Shown here in pieces: positions 17,440 through 26,044 of a stretch of DNA of 32,000 bases (within the stretch, counting starts at the first letter, position 1; each line of letters begins with the position of its first letter). The notes beneath the pieces were generated by a model. It saw only the letters and a program-made list of their open reading frames with translations, was not told where the DNA came from and searched no databases. Location: the NCBI RefSeq assembly GCF_003391395.1, contig NZ_CP024190.1, positions 4,041,173 to 4,073,172 of the forward strand, written 5' to 3'. The position numbers and the translations under genes were made by a program. Origin of the DNA: Mycobacterium marinum. GTDB taxonomy: Bacteria; Actinomycetota; Actinomycetes; Mycobacteriales; Mycobacteriaceae.

Positions 17440-18333
17440 TCAGGCAGCGCGACCTGGCGGGCGGCGGTAAAGCGCGGCGCCGGCCGTGACGCCGGCCCCG
17501 GCGGCCACAAACAGGATCTGGGCGCCCACCGGAACCCGCGCGATCTGCTGCTCGAACGCGGCGGGCAGCGCTGCGGTGTGCATGCGTCGATCGTCTGCAA
17601 CCCCGATCAGCTCTGCCGCCACCCCGAGCCGAGCGCTCAACGCGGCGCGGAACCCGGGCCTGGGCGGGGCAGCAACAATCATGTCGACCGACGAAAGCGC
17701 CACGCAGTTCGCCGCCAGGCATTCGCGCACCGCATGTGCCGCGACAGCGGCAAACTCTTCATCCGCCTCGGCCGACTCCGCGAATCGCAGAACGTTGCGG
17801 GCGTCAGCGAAACCAACTGTTGCGCTGAATGATTCGTCTGCCTTCCCGTTGACGGCGTTAGCCCACTGCACCCGGCTCAGGCCGTAGGTGTCATCGCTCC
17901 AACCGCATAGCAGCGCGGCCCCCGTGGCGGAGAAGGGAAAGTGCTCGCTCATTCCATGGCCTGGATCGGCATCGCTGGCCACGATGAGCGCCCGACTGAT
18001 GCTGTGCGTCCGCAAGAATCCGTCAACGATCTGCAAAGCGGTGAGCACCCCGCAGGCCCCGTTGGCGATATCGAAGGAGAACGTACCGTGAGCACCAGCG
18101 TGGGGGTCCTCCGGGTTGGCGCCGATGTCGTCCTGGATCAGTGCCGCCAATGCCGGCTCACCGAGGTTGCGGTCGCGGTAGATCCCCGCATTGACCACAA
18201 GATCCAACTCGTCGGGGTCGCATCCGGCGCCCTGTAGGCAGTCTTTGGCAGCGGCAACGGCTAGGTGCAGCGCACTGTGCCGGTTGCGCCAGCCCGAATG
18301 CGCAACGTCGACGCGGTCAATCACTGTGCCCAT
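17440..18333 (-). CDS. FabH/KAS III-fold protein with a degenerate active site (putative non-catalytic partner subunit), 297 aa
   Basis: Thiolase-fold pattern (VVNAGIYRD..GEPALAALIQ...FSFDIANGACGVLTAL...ALIVASD...GAALL...ILFVAAGAGVTAGAALY). At the positions aligned to the upstream paralogue, the Cys is displaced by one residue (NGACG versus NACAG). The His is replaced (IVAAPPRPG versus ITHQTSARA) and the Asn is replaced (RRMHTAA versus RYGNTAS). The ATG at 18333 overlaps the upstream gene by 17 nt. Confidence 0.75.
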   Translation of the reverse strand: MGTVIDRVDVAHSGWRNRHSALHLAVAAAKDCLQGAGCDPDELDLVVNAGIYRDRNLGEPALAALIQDDIGANPEDPHAGAHGTFSFDIANGACGVLTALQIVDGFLRTHSISRALIVASDADPGHGMSEHFPFSATGAALLCGWSDDTYGLSRVQWANAVNGKADESFSATVGFADARNVLRFAESAEADEEFAAVAAHAVRECLAANCVALSSVDMIVAAPPRPGFRAALSARLGVAAELIGVADDRRMHTAALPAAFEQQIARVPVGAQILFVAAGAGVTAGAALYRRPPGRAA

Positions 18334-19417
18334 AACGGCTCACCATCTCCTCATCCAGGGTCAGCAAGACGATCCCGATTTCCAGCCCCGAGGCCAGAGC
18401 GATCAAGGCAATTCGCTCCCCTGCCACGATGCGTCCGGCCGTGAGTTCCTCGATGAGGGCCACGGTGTGTGTTGTCGATGCCGTGTTGCCGTAGCGGTCC
18501 ACGGTGATCACCGCGTCATGGCGGGGCTTGTCCCCAAAGGCTTCCGACATCTTGGCCATGCCTTTACGGATGGCACGTGCCGACGTCTGGTGGGTGATCA
18601 CATGGTCGATGTCGTGAATTGAGATTCCGGCCGTCTCGAGGACCTCCTCGAGCAGCAACGGCGTATTGGCCATTGCGGCCTGGTGGATCGCGCGGGCATT
18701 GGTGAACATCCGCGCGCCCGGGTCGTGTCCGCGCGGGTAGGCCAGGCACAGCCGGCTGTAGTCGGCGACGGTCGTGAATCCGGCCAGCGCGATTCCCGCG
18801 GAACCGACGGGAGCCCGCTCCAGCAGCAGCGCGGCGCCAGCGTCTCCCAGGGTCAACGAGGCCAACTCCTTGCTCATGATGTTGCGGATGTGGCGGGCGG
18901 CATTGTGGCTCAGTTGTGAGATGTACTCACCGCTGACGACCAGACCGCGCTCTACCACCCCCTGCCGGATCCAATTGTTCAAAATCGTTACCCCGGTAAG
19001 CATTCCGGCGCATGCGTTGGACACGTCGAACGTCATCGCGCGGTGTGCCCCAATGCCGCGGGCCACCGCACTGCTCATCGATGGCTCGAGCCATTGGGTG
19101 AGGCCACCGCGAAACTTGGTGATGCTGCAATTGATCACCACATCCAGCGACGCCGGATCCTGGCGCGCAGCGGCCAGCGCGTCCAGGGCGGCGGCGGTGG
19201 CCAGGCTGTAGGAATCCTCATCGCCCACCGAGACACGGCGCTCGCGGATCCCGGTCAGCCGTTCCAGATCGATGTGGGTGCGATGGCGGGTGCTGGACAT
19301 CAATTCGTCTGTGGTGAGGTGCGTTTCGGGTAGATGCCGACCAGCACCGGCGATCCGGGTGACATACGGTGCGTGCGGGCCGTTCGGGGTCTCCATCACC
19401 AGCCAATGTCGCGTCAT
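18317..19417 (-). CDS. 3-oxoacyl-ACP synthase III (FabH/KAS III)-like condensing enzyme with an intact catalytic triad, 366 aa
   Basis: FDVSNACAGMLTG (Cys), HVITHQTSARAI (His) and DRYGNTASTTHTVAL (Asn), plus LVVSGE, LGDAGAALLL and ALASGLEIG. The ATG at 19417 has AAGGAGG 7 nt upstream and lies only 28 nt after the acg-like stop. Confidence 0.85.
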   Translation of the reverse strand: MTRHWLVMETPNGPHAPYVTRIAGAGRHLPETHLTTDELMSSTRHRTHIDLERLTGIRERRVSVGDEDSYSLATAAALDALAAARQDPASLDVVINCSITKFRGGLTQWLEPSMSSAVARGIGAHRAMTFDVSNACAGMLTGVTILNNWIRQGVVERGLVVSGEYISQLSHNAARHIRNIMSKELASLTLGDAGAALLLERAPVGSAGIALAGFTTVADYSRLCLAYPRGHDPGARMFTNARAIHQAAMANTPLLLEEVLETAGISIHDIDHVITHQTSARAIRKGMAKMSEAFGDKPRHDAVITVDRYGNTASTTHTVALIEELTAGRIVAGERIALIALASGLEIGIVLLTLDEEMVSRYGHSD

Positions 19418-19445
19418 GCGTGAGACCTCCTTGCGGTAGCACCGG

Positions 19446-20444
19446 TCAGAGCCGGAACTCGAGGACGTCGTCTACTGGGCGACGGCCGGAGCGTTCCACG
19501 TGCTGATCATGTCCCGGCGACTTGCCGATTCGGATGAGCAATTGCGGAAGGCTTGTTGTCTGGACGATCTCGGCGATGATGTTGCGACTCATGGCCATCT
19601 CGGTCATGTGGGTCAGCGTGCAGGTCGCCAGGCCCGCCATCGTGCACTCAAGTAACACCGCCGACAACGACTCACCGCATCGAAGCACGTCACACAAGTC
19701 GTCGGAATCGGTAGAGAGCACCACGATCTTAGACTGATCATGCTCGATAGCGGAGCGACGTCGCCCCCCGCCGGCCGGGGGAAAGCTGCGCGCAACGTCG
19801 ACTCGGGAAGCTTCCGACGTCGACAGCAGGGCACCTTCCGGCGCATGGTCGGCGTTCGAGCTGAATGGCGAAGTCCACCATCGTAGTTCGGACATATACG
19901 TGGTGTCGCTACGTCGCAAGTTCTCGGTGAGCCGAGACGCCTCGGCTAGCGCCGCTCGGCCATCGTCCGCCACCACGTGCAGCAGCACGTCATACCGGAC
20001 CGCGGCGTGACGCAGCACCGGCTCGATCGCCGCCCATTGGGCGACCGGGTCAAAAGGCAAACGGTCGGTGCGGCGTTGCCCGATAGCATCCGCCCGATGG
20101 CGCTGGGACGCGGTGACGGCCTGCATCGGGTGAAACCGCAGTGTCGCCAGATGATCTGGATTGCCCCGATCGGGCATCCGTTCGGTGACACTGTCCCAGC
20201 CGGCAGCCGACATCGCGACCCGCAGGTGGTCCAGGACAGCACCGCAACTCAAGATCAGCTCCCGGCCCGCGTGGTCGGTGGCCGGCATCGAACGGGCTCG
20301 ATCAGCCCACAGTTGCAGTGTGTCGGCTTCGGCGACCCACCGCCACGGTTGGCTGTTGTGCAGCGACGGAGCACGACTGGCAAGCGCCACTGATTCTCGA
20401 ATCACGGTTTCGTCGGGCGCCGTCGCCGCCGTCATAGCCACCAC
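19446..20444 (-). CDS. acg: Acg-type nitroreductase-fold protein (Rv2032/Rv3131 family), about 330 aa
   Basis: APSLHNSQPWRWVAE, ATDHAGRELILSCGAVLDHLRVAMSAAGW, QRRTDRLPF, SKIVVLSTD and LRCGESLSAVLLECTMAGLATCTLTHMTE are collinear with remembered M. tuberculosis Acg (Rv2032). The start is GTG at 20444 or ATG at 20435. Confidence 0.9.
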   Translation of the reverse strand: MVAMTAATAPDETVIRESVALASRAPSLHNSQPWRWVAEADTLQLWADRARSMPATDHAGRELILSCGAVLDHLRVAMSAAGWDSVTERMPDRGNPDHLATLRFHPMQAVTASQRHRADAIGQRRTDRLPFDPVAQWAAIEPVLRHAAVRYDVLLHVVADDGRAALAEASRLTENLRRSDTTYMSELRWWTSPFSSNADHAPEGALLSTSEASRVDVARSFPPAGGGRRRSAIEHDQSKIVVLSTDSDDLCDVLRCGESLSAVLLECTMAGLATCTLTHMTEMAMSRNIIAEIVQTTSLPQLLIRIGKSPGHDQHVERSGRRPVDDVLEFRL

Positions 20445-20490
20445 CCTTGCGTCTGTGACGTCAACGCTAGAAACTTGCGCCGCAGGTTGG

Positions 20491-20510
20491 CCAGGGCCGT
20501 TGGTCCTTCA
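20491..20510. promoter_or_regulatory. candidate DosR/DevR box upstream of acg (cca GGGCC GTTG GTCCT tca)
   Basis: Matches the published 20-bp consensus TTSGGGACTWWAGTCCCSAA in both half-sites, with one mismatch each and the correct 4-bp spacer. It is centred about 60 bp upstream of the acg start codon. Confidence 0.5.
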
Positions 20511-20512
20511 CG

Positions 20513-20532
20513 GCAGGGACTTAGGCTCGCAG
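20513..20532. promoter_or_regulatory. second, weaker DosR-box candidate adjacent to the first (gca GGGAC TTAG GCTCG cag)
   Basis: The left half-site GGGAC is perfect and the spacer is TTAG; the right half is poor. The tandem arrangement with 20491-20510 resembles the paired boxes of known DosR promoters. Confidence 0.35.
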
Positions 20533-20538
20533 CCCCGC

Positions 20539-21987
20539 CTACTCGGGGTAGATCGCTCGGCACCAAGCGTCGTGGGCTTCGTTTAGGGAGAACTCAATTG
20601 GCCGGGAGGTATCCATCGGTAGGGCGGTATCCCAGCCGGCATGTTGAGCCGCCATGGTCGCGGCGATCTCCGCCGTTACCTCGGAATTGCCCGGCGCTCG
20701 GGTGCTGATTCGGTCAGCGGCCATATCGACCGGCAGGGTGCACAGCAGTTCCACCAAGGCCGCATGAGTTTGGCCGCCAAGTTGGTGAGCACGCGCGCGA
20801 GATTGCGGATCCCGCCAGGTCCCGTCCAGGATCACCGATCGCCCCTCTTGCAAACACCTGCGCGCCCGGCTCAGCACCAGATCGTAGACGACCGTGACGT
20901 TGTCGCGGGTGTACAGGCCTTCGTCCAGAACACCCGACTCGCCGTGAATGTCACCGCGGTCGCGCAGTTCCTTGCGCACATCGTCGGTTGAGATGACCTG
21001 TGCGCCAACCTGTTCGGCCAGAGCACGCGCCAACGTCGACTTTCCGGTACCTGGATTCCCGCCCACCAGCGCCAACCGAACTGCGCCGGTCTCCAGGTGC
21101 CGGGTGGCTAGCTCCAGGTGTCGGGCGGCATCCGCGGCGGCCTCTGGTTTGCCTTGCGACAGCCGGACACAGTCGGTCTTTGCGCGCACCACCGCGCGAT
21201 AAGCGATGTAGAAGTCTCGTAGTGACGCCGGCGCCACATCCCCGGAGTGCGCGAGATAGCGATCCAGGAAGTACTCCCCCAGGTCCTTGCGCCCCAAGAA
21301 CTCCAGGTCCATCGCCAGAAACGCGGCATCATCGACGCGATCGACATAACGAAGTCTGTCGTCGAACTCCAGGCAATCGAGCAGGGCGGGTCCGCCTTCG
21401 GCGCAGAAGATGTCATCGGCGAGCAGGTCCCCGTGACCGTCGACGATGCATCCCTGGGCAATGCGCTGGGCCAAGAGGGTCTCGCGGCCGGAGATGAATG
21501 CCGCGACCAGGTCTTCGATCCGTCCGATCGACTCGTCGGGGAACGACGTCCCCGCATAACGATGCAGTTCTGCCAGGTTGTCGCCGAAGCGTCGGCCAAT
21601 CGCGGCCGGTTCGCCCGCGGTGTTGATTGTCGGACTGCGCTCAGCGCCCTCGTGAAAGCGGGCCAGCACTGTAGCGATGGTGTCCAACAACGCGCGCACC
21701 GATTCGTCGGATCCGCCGCTGCTGATCTGATACGCAAGCCGGTCACTGTCGTGGTAGCGACGCATTACGACCAGCGGTTCGGCAGGCCCCCCGGTCGGGT
21801 CGGTGCAGTGCGCGACGCCGAGGTAACTGGTGGGGGCTAGTCGACTGTTCAGCTCGACCTCGCGGGCACAGGCCCGCTCCCGTTGCTCCGCGGTACGAAA
21901 GTCCAGGAAGTCGGTCAGCACCGGTTTCTTCGCCTTGTATGCACGTTCGCCGACCAGCACCACCACACCGGTATGTGTTTCGTGCAC
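20539..21987 (-). CDS. Rv2004c-like protein: aminoglycoside-phosphotransferase-like domain fused to a P-loop kinase-like domain
   Basis: ETHTGVVVLVGERAYKAKKPV, DGHGDLLADDIFC (Brenner-type HGDL motif), LVGGNPGTGKSTLARALAE (Walker A) and ILDGTW. The first usable start in the frame is GTG at 21987. The open frame continues 30 codons upstream without ATG/GTG/TTG, so the true start is uncertain. Confidence 0.85.
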   Translation of the reverse strand: MHETHTGVVVLVGERAYKAKKPVLTDFLDFRTAEQRERACAREVELNSRLAPTSYLGVAHCTDPTGGPAEPLVVMRRYHDSDRLAYQISSGGSDESVRALLDTIATVLARFHEGAERSPTINTAGEPAAIGRRFGDNLAELHRYAGTSFPDESIGRIEDLVAAFISGRETLLAQRIAQGCIVDGHGDLLADDIFCAEGGPALLDCLEFDDRLRYVDRVDDAAFLAMDLEFLGRKDLGEYFLDRYLAHSGDVAPASLRDFYIAYRAVVRAKTDCVRLSQGKPEAAADAARHLELATRHLETGAVRLALVGGNPGTGKSTLARALAEQVGAQVISTDDVRKELRDRGDIHGESGVLDEGLYTRDNVTVVYDLVLSRARRCLQEGRSVILDGTWRDPQSRARAHQLGGQTHAALVELLCTLPVDMAADRISTRAPGNSEVTAEIAATMAAQHAGWDTALPMDTSRPIEFSLNEAHDAWCRAIYPE

Positions 21988-22118
21988 CTCGATATAGGCG
22001 GTGTTGGGGCTGTGGGTGGCATCCGGCGACTCGGCAGATTCGCTGTCGGTGCTGATGACGGCCTCCGTGGCTCTCGGTTATCGGCGGGTATGGGCGGCCA
22101 GCCCGTTTTGCGCCGATC

Positions 22119-23015
22119 TCAGGCGGACCGGGCCACGATGACCGGCGTGTGAACCGCGTGCAGCACCGCGTTGCTGGTCGAACCGACCAGCATGCTGGTA
22201 AATCCGCCCCGGCCGTGGCTGCCCAGAACGACCAGCTGCGCGGTCTGCGCTTGGTCGATCAATTGTCGCGCCGGTCGATCACACACGACCACTCGATCCA
22301 CCGTGACATCCGGATAGCGCTCCTGCCAGCCGGCCAGACGCTCGGCCAGAGTCTCCTCGGCCTCTCCCTTTACCGTCGACCAGTCCAACCCGGGCAGGTC
22401 AACCACTTCAAGATCACTCCAAGCGTGCACCGCTTTGAGTTCGACGCCCCGGCGCGACGCTTCGTCGAATGCGATCGCGGTCGCCAGCTCTGAGGCCGAC
22501 GAGCCATCGATGCCCACCGCCACGGGGGCCCGGTCACGGTCTTCGGGTTGGGGCGCCTCCGGATCTTCGTCTCGGATCACTGCCACCGGACAGTGCGCCC
22601 GGTGCACCACCCCGGAGCTAACGGAGCCGAGCAGGCCGCGAGCGACGGCCCCGCGGCCGTGGCTGCCGACGACCACCAAATCCGCTTCCTGCGACAGTTC
22701 GACGAACGTGGGAACCGGCGCCGACCAGCTCAACTCGCTCTTGATCTGGGTGTCGCGCCCCTGCTGCGTGACCTCTTGGGCGATCTTTCCCGCCTGTTCG
22801 AGAACCTGGCGTCCGTCTTCCTCCTGCCACGCTGACATGCTCGTCATCATGGGCATCTCGGGCCACATCGGCACCGCCTGGTTCACCATGTGAACCAAGG
22901 TCAGCGGAACATGACGCAATGTGGCGTCACGCGCCGCCCACGAAACCGCCGCATACGAGGCAGCCGAGCCATCGACGCCAACAACAATGCCAAGGTGTTT
23001 CATCGGTGCAGACAT
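22119..23015 (-). CDS. tandem-domain universal stress protein (Rv2005c/Rv2623/Rv1996 type), 298 aa
   Basis: ATG at 23015 is preceded by GAGGAGGA. MSAPMKHLGIVVGVDGSAASYAAVSWAARDATLRHVPLTLVHMV. There are two ATP-binding USP motifs (VVGSHGRGAVARGLLGSVSSGVVHRAHCPVAVI and VLGSHGRGGFTSMLVGSTSNAVLHAVHTPVIVA). ...ASELATAIAFDEASRRGVELKAVHAWSD...LAERLAGWQERYPDV is collinear with remembered Rv2623. Confidence 0.9.
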   Translation of the reverse strand: MSAPMKHLGIVVGVDGSAASYAAVSWAARDATLRHVPLTLVHMVNQAVPMWPEMPMMTSMSAWQEEDGRQVLEQAGKIAQEVTQQGRDTQIKSELSWSAPVPTFVELSQEADLVVVGSHGRGAVARGLLGSVSSGVVHRAHCPVAVIRDEDPEAPQPEDRDRAPVAVGIDGSSASELATAIAFDEASRRGVELKAVHAWSDLEVVDLPGLDWSTVKGEAEETLAERLAGWQERYPDVTVDRVVVCDRPARQLIDQAQTAQLVVLGSHGRGGFTSMLVGSTSNAVLHAVHTPVIVARSA

Positions 23016-23210
23016 TTGATCCTCCTCGGTCATCAAATACGTTATTCGCCAAACGGCCATCGGTCTTGAGGCTTTGGTCACCAGCCACGTGGTCATGAGG
23101 CCCGGGCTGACATTATCGGCACCACCCAGGCTGTGGCTTCCCGGCCGATCGAGGTCCAATGCCGACGTCGCGCAGATTCCGGTCGGCCGCGCGTTACCAA
23201 AGCCGCGAAA

Positions 23211-23230
23211 CCGGGGCCAAACGGCCCTGC
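23211..23230. promoter_or_regulatory. palindromic DosR-box-like site in the divergent USP intergenic region (ccg GGGCC AAAC GGCCC tgc)
   Basis: The half-sites GGGCC/GGCCC are exact reverse complements with a 4-bp spacer. Each differs from GGGAC/GTCCC at the same symmetric position. It lies about 90-105 bp upstream of the plus-strand USP ATG and about 200 bp upstream of the minus-strand USP ATG. Confidence 0.35.
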
Positions 23231-23317
23231 CCCGGCCTCAGGGCAGCTCAATAGCCTCTTGCCGTGAGCGGCCCACCGACGCCAGGGCAGGCCAGCGGTC
23301 CCGGATGGGAGGGTGCC

Positions 23318-24133
23318 ATGAGCCATCCGCAAGCGCCTAGGTGCGTTGTTGTGGGCGTCGACGGTTCGCAGGCCGCGATCAACGCCGCGCGCTGGGCCGT
23401 CCCCGAGGCCGCCAGCCGCGGCATTCCCCTACGCCTGGTCCATGCCGTTCCCGAGCGGGCGGCATCGACCAACGATGAGGCCGCCCCGGATGTCGAATAC
23501 GCACAAGCAGCGTTGCACGCGGCTTCGGCTGCGCTGCATGCCATCGAAGTGCCGGTCGAGGTAGAAGTGGACATCGTTCGAGGATCGGCCGAAGCCGCGT
23601 TGGTCAGCGAATCACTTACTGCGGCAATGGTTTGCGTTGGATCGGTGGGAATCGGTCGAGTGGCGCGCAAGCTACTCGGCTCGACCGCCGAGGCGGTGAC
23701 GCAGCGAGCGCATTGCCCAGCGGCCATCATCCGCACCGACCCTGACACCGAGTTGTCGGACACGTCCTGGATCGCTGTTGTCGTCGATGACTCGCCCGGA
23801 AACGATGCGGTGCTCGAGCACGGCTTCCGGGAGGCCCAGCTGCGCGGGGCGCCAATTCTGGCGATGGGAGTGTGGCGGTGGGGCCTGGGCGAGATTGCCT
23901 ACGAGCAACTCCATCGCCGGCTTGACCGCTGGGTATCCCGCTATCGAGATGTCCACGTCCAGCCCGCGGCCGCACGACACGGTGCGGCCGACTTCCTCGC
24001 CAAGACCGAGGAACCTATCCAGTTGGCCGTGGTCGGCAGCGATGATGCTGGCGATGTGGCACGAATGGTCGGCGCGGTGAGCCGGCGTCTTCCCCAACGC
24101 AGCGGGCATTCGGTGCTGGTGGTCCGTCGCTGA
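23318..24133 (+). CDS. universal stress protein, two-domain (Rv2026c/Rv2028c/Rv3134c type), 271 aa
   Basis: ATG at 23318 is preceded by GGGAGGG. RCVVVGVDGSQAAINAARWAVPEAASRGIPLRLVHAV, with USP motif CVGSVGIGRVARKLLGSTAEAVTQRAHCPAAII. The second domain (IAVVVDDSPGNDAVLEHGFREAQLRGAPILAMGVW...) has a degenerate nucleotide motif. Confidence 0.85.
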   Translation: MSHPQAPRCVVVGVDGSQAAINAARWAVPEAASRGIPLRLVHAVPERAASTNDEAAPDVEYAQAALHAASAALHAIEVPVEVEVDIVRGSAEAALVSESLTAAMVCVGSVGIGRVARKLLGSTAEAVTQRAHCPAAIIRTDPDTELSDTSWIAVVVDDSPGNDAVLEHGFREAQLRGAPILAMGVWRWGLGEIAYEQLHRRLDRWVSRYRDVHVQPAAARHGAADFLAKTEEPIQLAVVGSDDAGDVARMVGAVSRRLPQRSGHSVLVVRR

Positions 24134-24154
24134 TCGCGCTGACCGAGCCCGAAG

Positions 24155-25978
24155 TCAGAGATCGCCGAATGGAACGGTCCAGCTGATCCGCGTTCCGCCC
24201 TCGGTGGGCGTGGTGATCCCGCAAGTGCCGCCGAGCTTTTCGGCCCGCGACCGCATATTGGCGAGGCCGCTGCGCCGCGATACGTCGGGGGATATGCCGC
24301 AGCCATCGTCGACGATTTCGAGGCTGAACATGTCGCCCACTCTGACCTCCAGCGTCACTCGCCCGGCGCCGGAATGGCGAACGGCGTTGCTGATGGCTTC
24401 GGTGGCCACCGCCTCGGCGTGGTCGGCAAGCTCACCTTGAACGGCCGACATCGGCCCATGCATATGGATTGTGGTGACAACGTCACGGTGTTCGGTCAGG
24501 TCGGCAACCACCTGCTGAATCCGCTGCCGAAAGCCGCCGTCGCGACCCGACGGAGACTTCAGCTGGAAGATGGTGCTGCGAATTTCCTCGATGATCGTTT
24601 GCAGATCGTCGACGGTGCGGTTGAGCCGGTCGATGACCTCCGGGGAGCGGGCCCTGGCCAGCGTTCCCTGCAGATCCATACCCGAGGCGAACAGCCGTTG
24701 GATGACGTGGTCGTGCAAGTCATGCGCAATGCGCTCGCGCTCGGCCAAGATGGTCAGCTGCCGCGCGTCCTCGCGGCCCGAAGCCAGCAACAGTGCAATC
24801 GCCGCGTGAGTGGCGAACTGGCTCACCAGATCCAGGCAGCGGGCATCGAAAGGCGGCTGATCCGCGCCCCGCGCGACGGCAATCACCCCGGCGACCTTTT
24901 CGTGGGCGCTCAGCGGCATCACGATGGCCGAGCGCTGCGCCACGTCGGTGAATGCCTCAATCGGGTAACTGAAAGCCTCACTGATCAACGGTTCGCCGGA
25001 CCGAAAAACGTCCCCGCAGGTAGAGCCGCGCACCGGAACCTGCTGGCCGACAACCTCCTCGGCATGCAGCCCTACCGCGGCGGAGACCACCAGGGTGTCG
25101 ATCTCGTCGGTGGCCAGGTCGGACTCGACGGGCACCAGAACGATGGCCTGTTCGGCATTGGTGAGCGTGCAGGCCCGCTGCGCGATCAATTGCAGGGGCT
25201 CGCGCCGCGACTCGGTGCTGGACATCAGCGCCGTGGTGATCTCGCGGCTGGCCTCCATCCACTTCACGGCCGTGCGCTCGCGCTCGAACACTTGGGCGTT
25301 GTCGATAGCGACACCGGCCGCAAACGCCAACGCGCGGGCGGCGAACTCGTCGGACTCGGAGAACTTGCGGCCCGGATCGACATGGGTCAGATACAAGCTG
25401 CCGAACACGGTTCCCCGGATCGTGATCGGTACCGCGAGAAACGCTCGCATGGGCGGGTGGTGTTCGGGGAAGCCGCAGGCCGCCGGGTGCATGGTCAGGT
25501 CGTCCAGACGCAGCGCGGGTGTCTCGACCAGCGAAACGCCCAGCACCCCCTTGCCGACCGGCAGATGCCCGATGCGACGGGCCACGTCATCGTCCAATCC
25601 CGCGTGAATGAACCTGATCAGTGTCCCCTCGGGATCACGGACGGCCAAGGCGCCGTAGGGAGCTGAGGTCAACTCCCTGGCGGCAAGGACGATCCGACGC
25701 AGTGTTGCGTCGAGGTCGAGATCGGAGCCGATCTCGACGATGACCCGCAGCAACTGCTCCATCTGGTCGCGAGCCGCTAGCAACTCGTCTAGCTGCGCGT
25801 GCATCCTGCTAACCAGCCCAGGACGGCCCAGTCCAGCAAACGCTGGGCCGCTTTCGTCGCTGCCCACCCGACCCGGTACCTCCACCCATGCCTTCTCGGT
25901 ACTACCGCAGGTGACGCTGCGTTCGCAGCGTCGGGAACCGATATTTAGCTTAATCCCATCGAAATTGCGCGACCACAA
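24155..25978 (-). CDS. devS: DevS/DosT-type heme GAF-GAF sensor histidine kinase (start uncertain)
   Basis: GAF-A retains the heme pocket context (GFPEHHPPMRAFLAVPI proximal His; FGSLYLTH distal Tyr). There is a second GAF domain, a HisKA_3 H-box ERERIAHDLHDHVIQRLFA and an HATPase (EAISNAVRHSGA, VDDGCGI, GLANMRSRAEKLGG). It lies immediately downstream of devR. The track ORF starts at TTG 25978; GTG at 25885 or 25867, or ATG at 25804, fit the length of M. tuberculosis DevS better. Confidence 0.9.
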   Translation of the reverse strand: MWSRNFDGIKLNIGSRRCERSVTCGSTEKAWVEVPGRVGSDESGPAFAGLGRPGLVSRMHAQLDELLAARDQMEQLLRVIVEIGSDLDLDATLRRIVLAARELTSAPYGALAVRDPEGTLIRFIHAGLDDDVARRIGHLPVGKGVLGVSLVETPALRLDDLTMHPAACGFPEHHPPMRAFLAVPITIRGTVFGSLYLTHVDPGRKFSESDEFAARALAFAAGVAIDNAQVFERERTAVKWMEASREITTALMSSTESRREPLQLIAQRACTLTNAEQAIVLVPVESDLATDEIDTLVVSAAVGLHAEEVVGQQVPVRGSTCGDVFRSGEPLISEAFSYPIEAFTDVAQRSAIVMPLSAHEKVAGVIAVARGADQPPFDARCLDLVSQFATHAAIALLLASGREDARQLTILAERERIAHDLHDHVIQRLFASGMDLQGTLARARSPEVIDRLNRTVDDLQTIIEEIRSTIFQLKSPSGRDGGFRQRIQQVVADLTEHRDVVTTIHMHGPMSAVQGELADHAEAVATEAISNAVRHSGAGRVTLEVRVGDMFSLEIVDDGCGISPDVSRRSGLANMRSRAEKLGGTCGITTPTEGGTRISWTVPFGDL

Positions 25979-26044
25979 CCTGGCCGCGAGCCGGGGAAAA
26001 CTCCCCCAGCCTCACCCGCGCCCGCGATTTCTTCGCGAGGGCCG

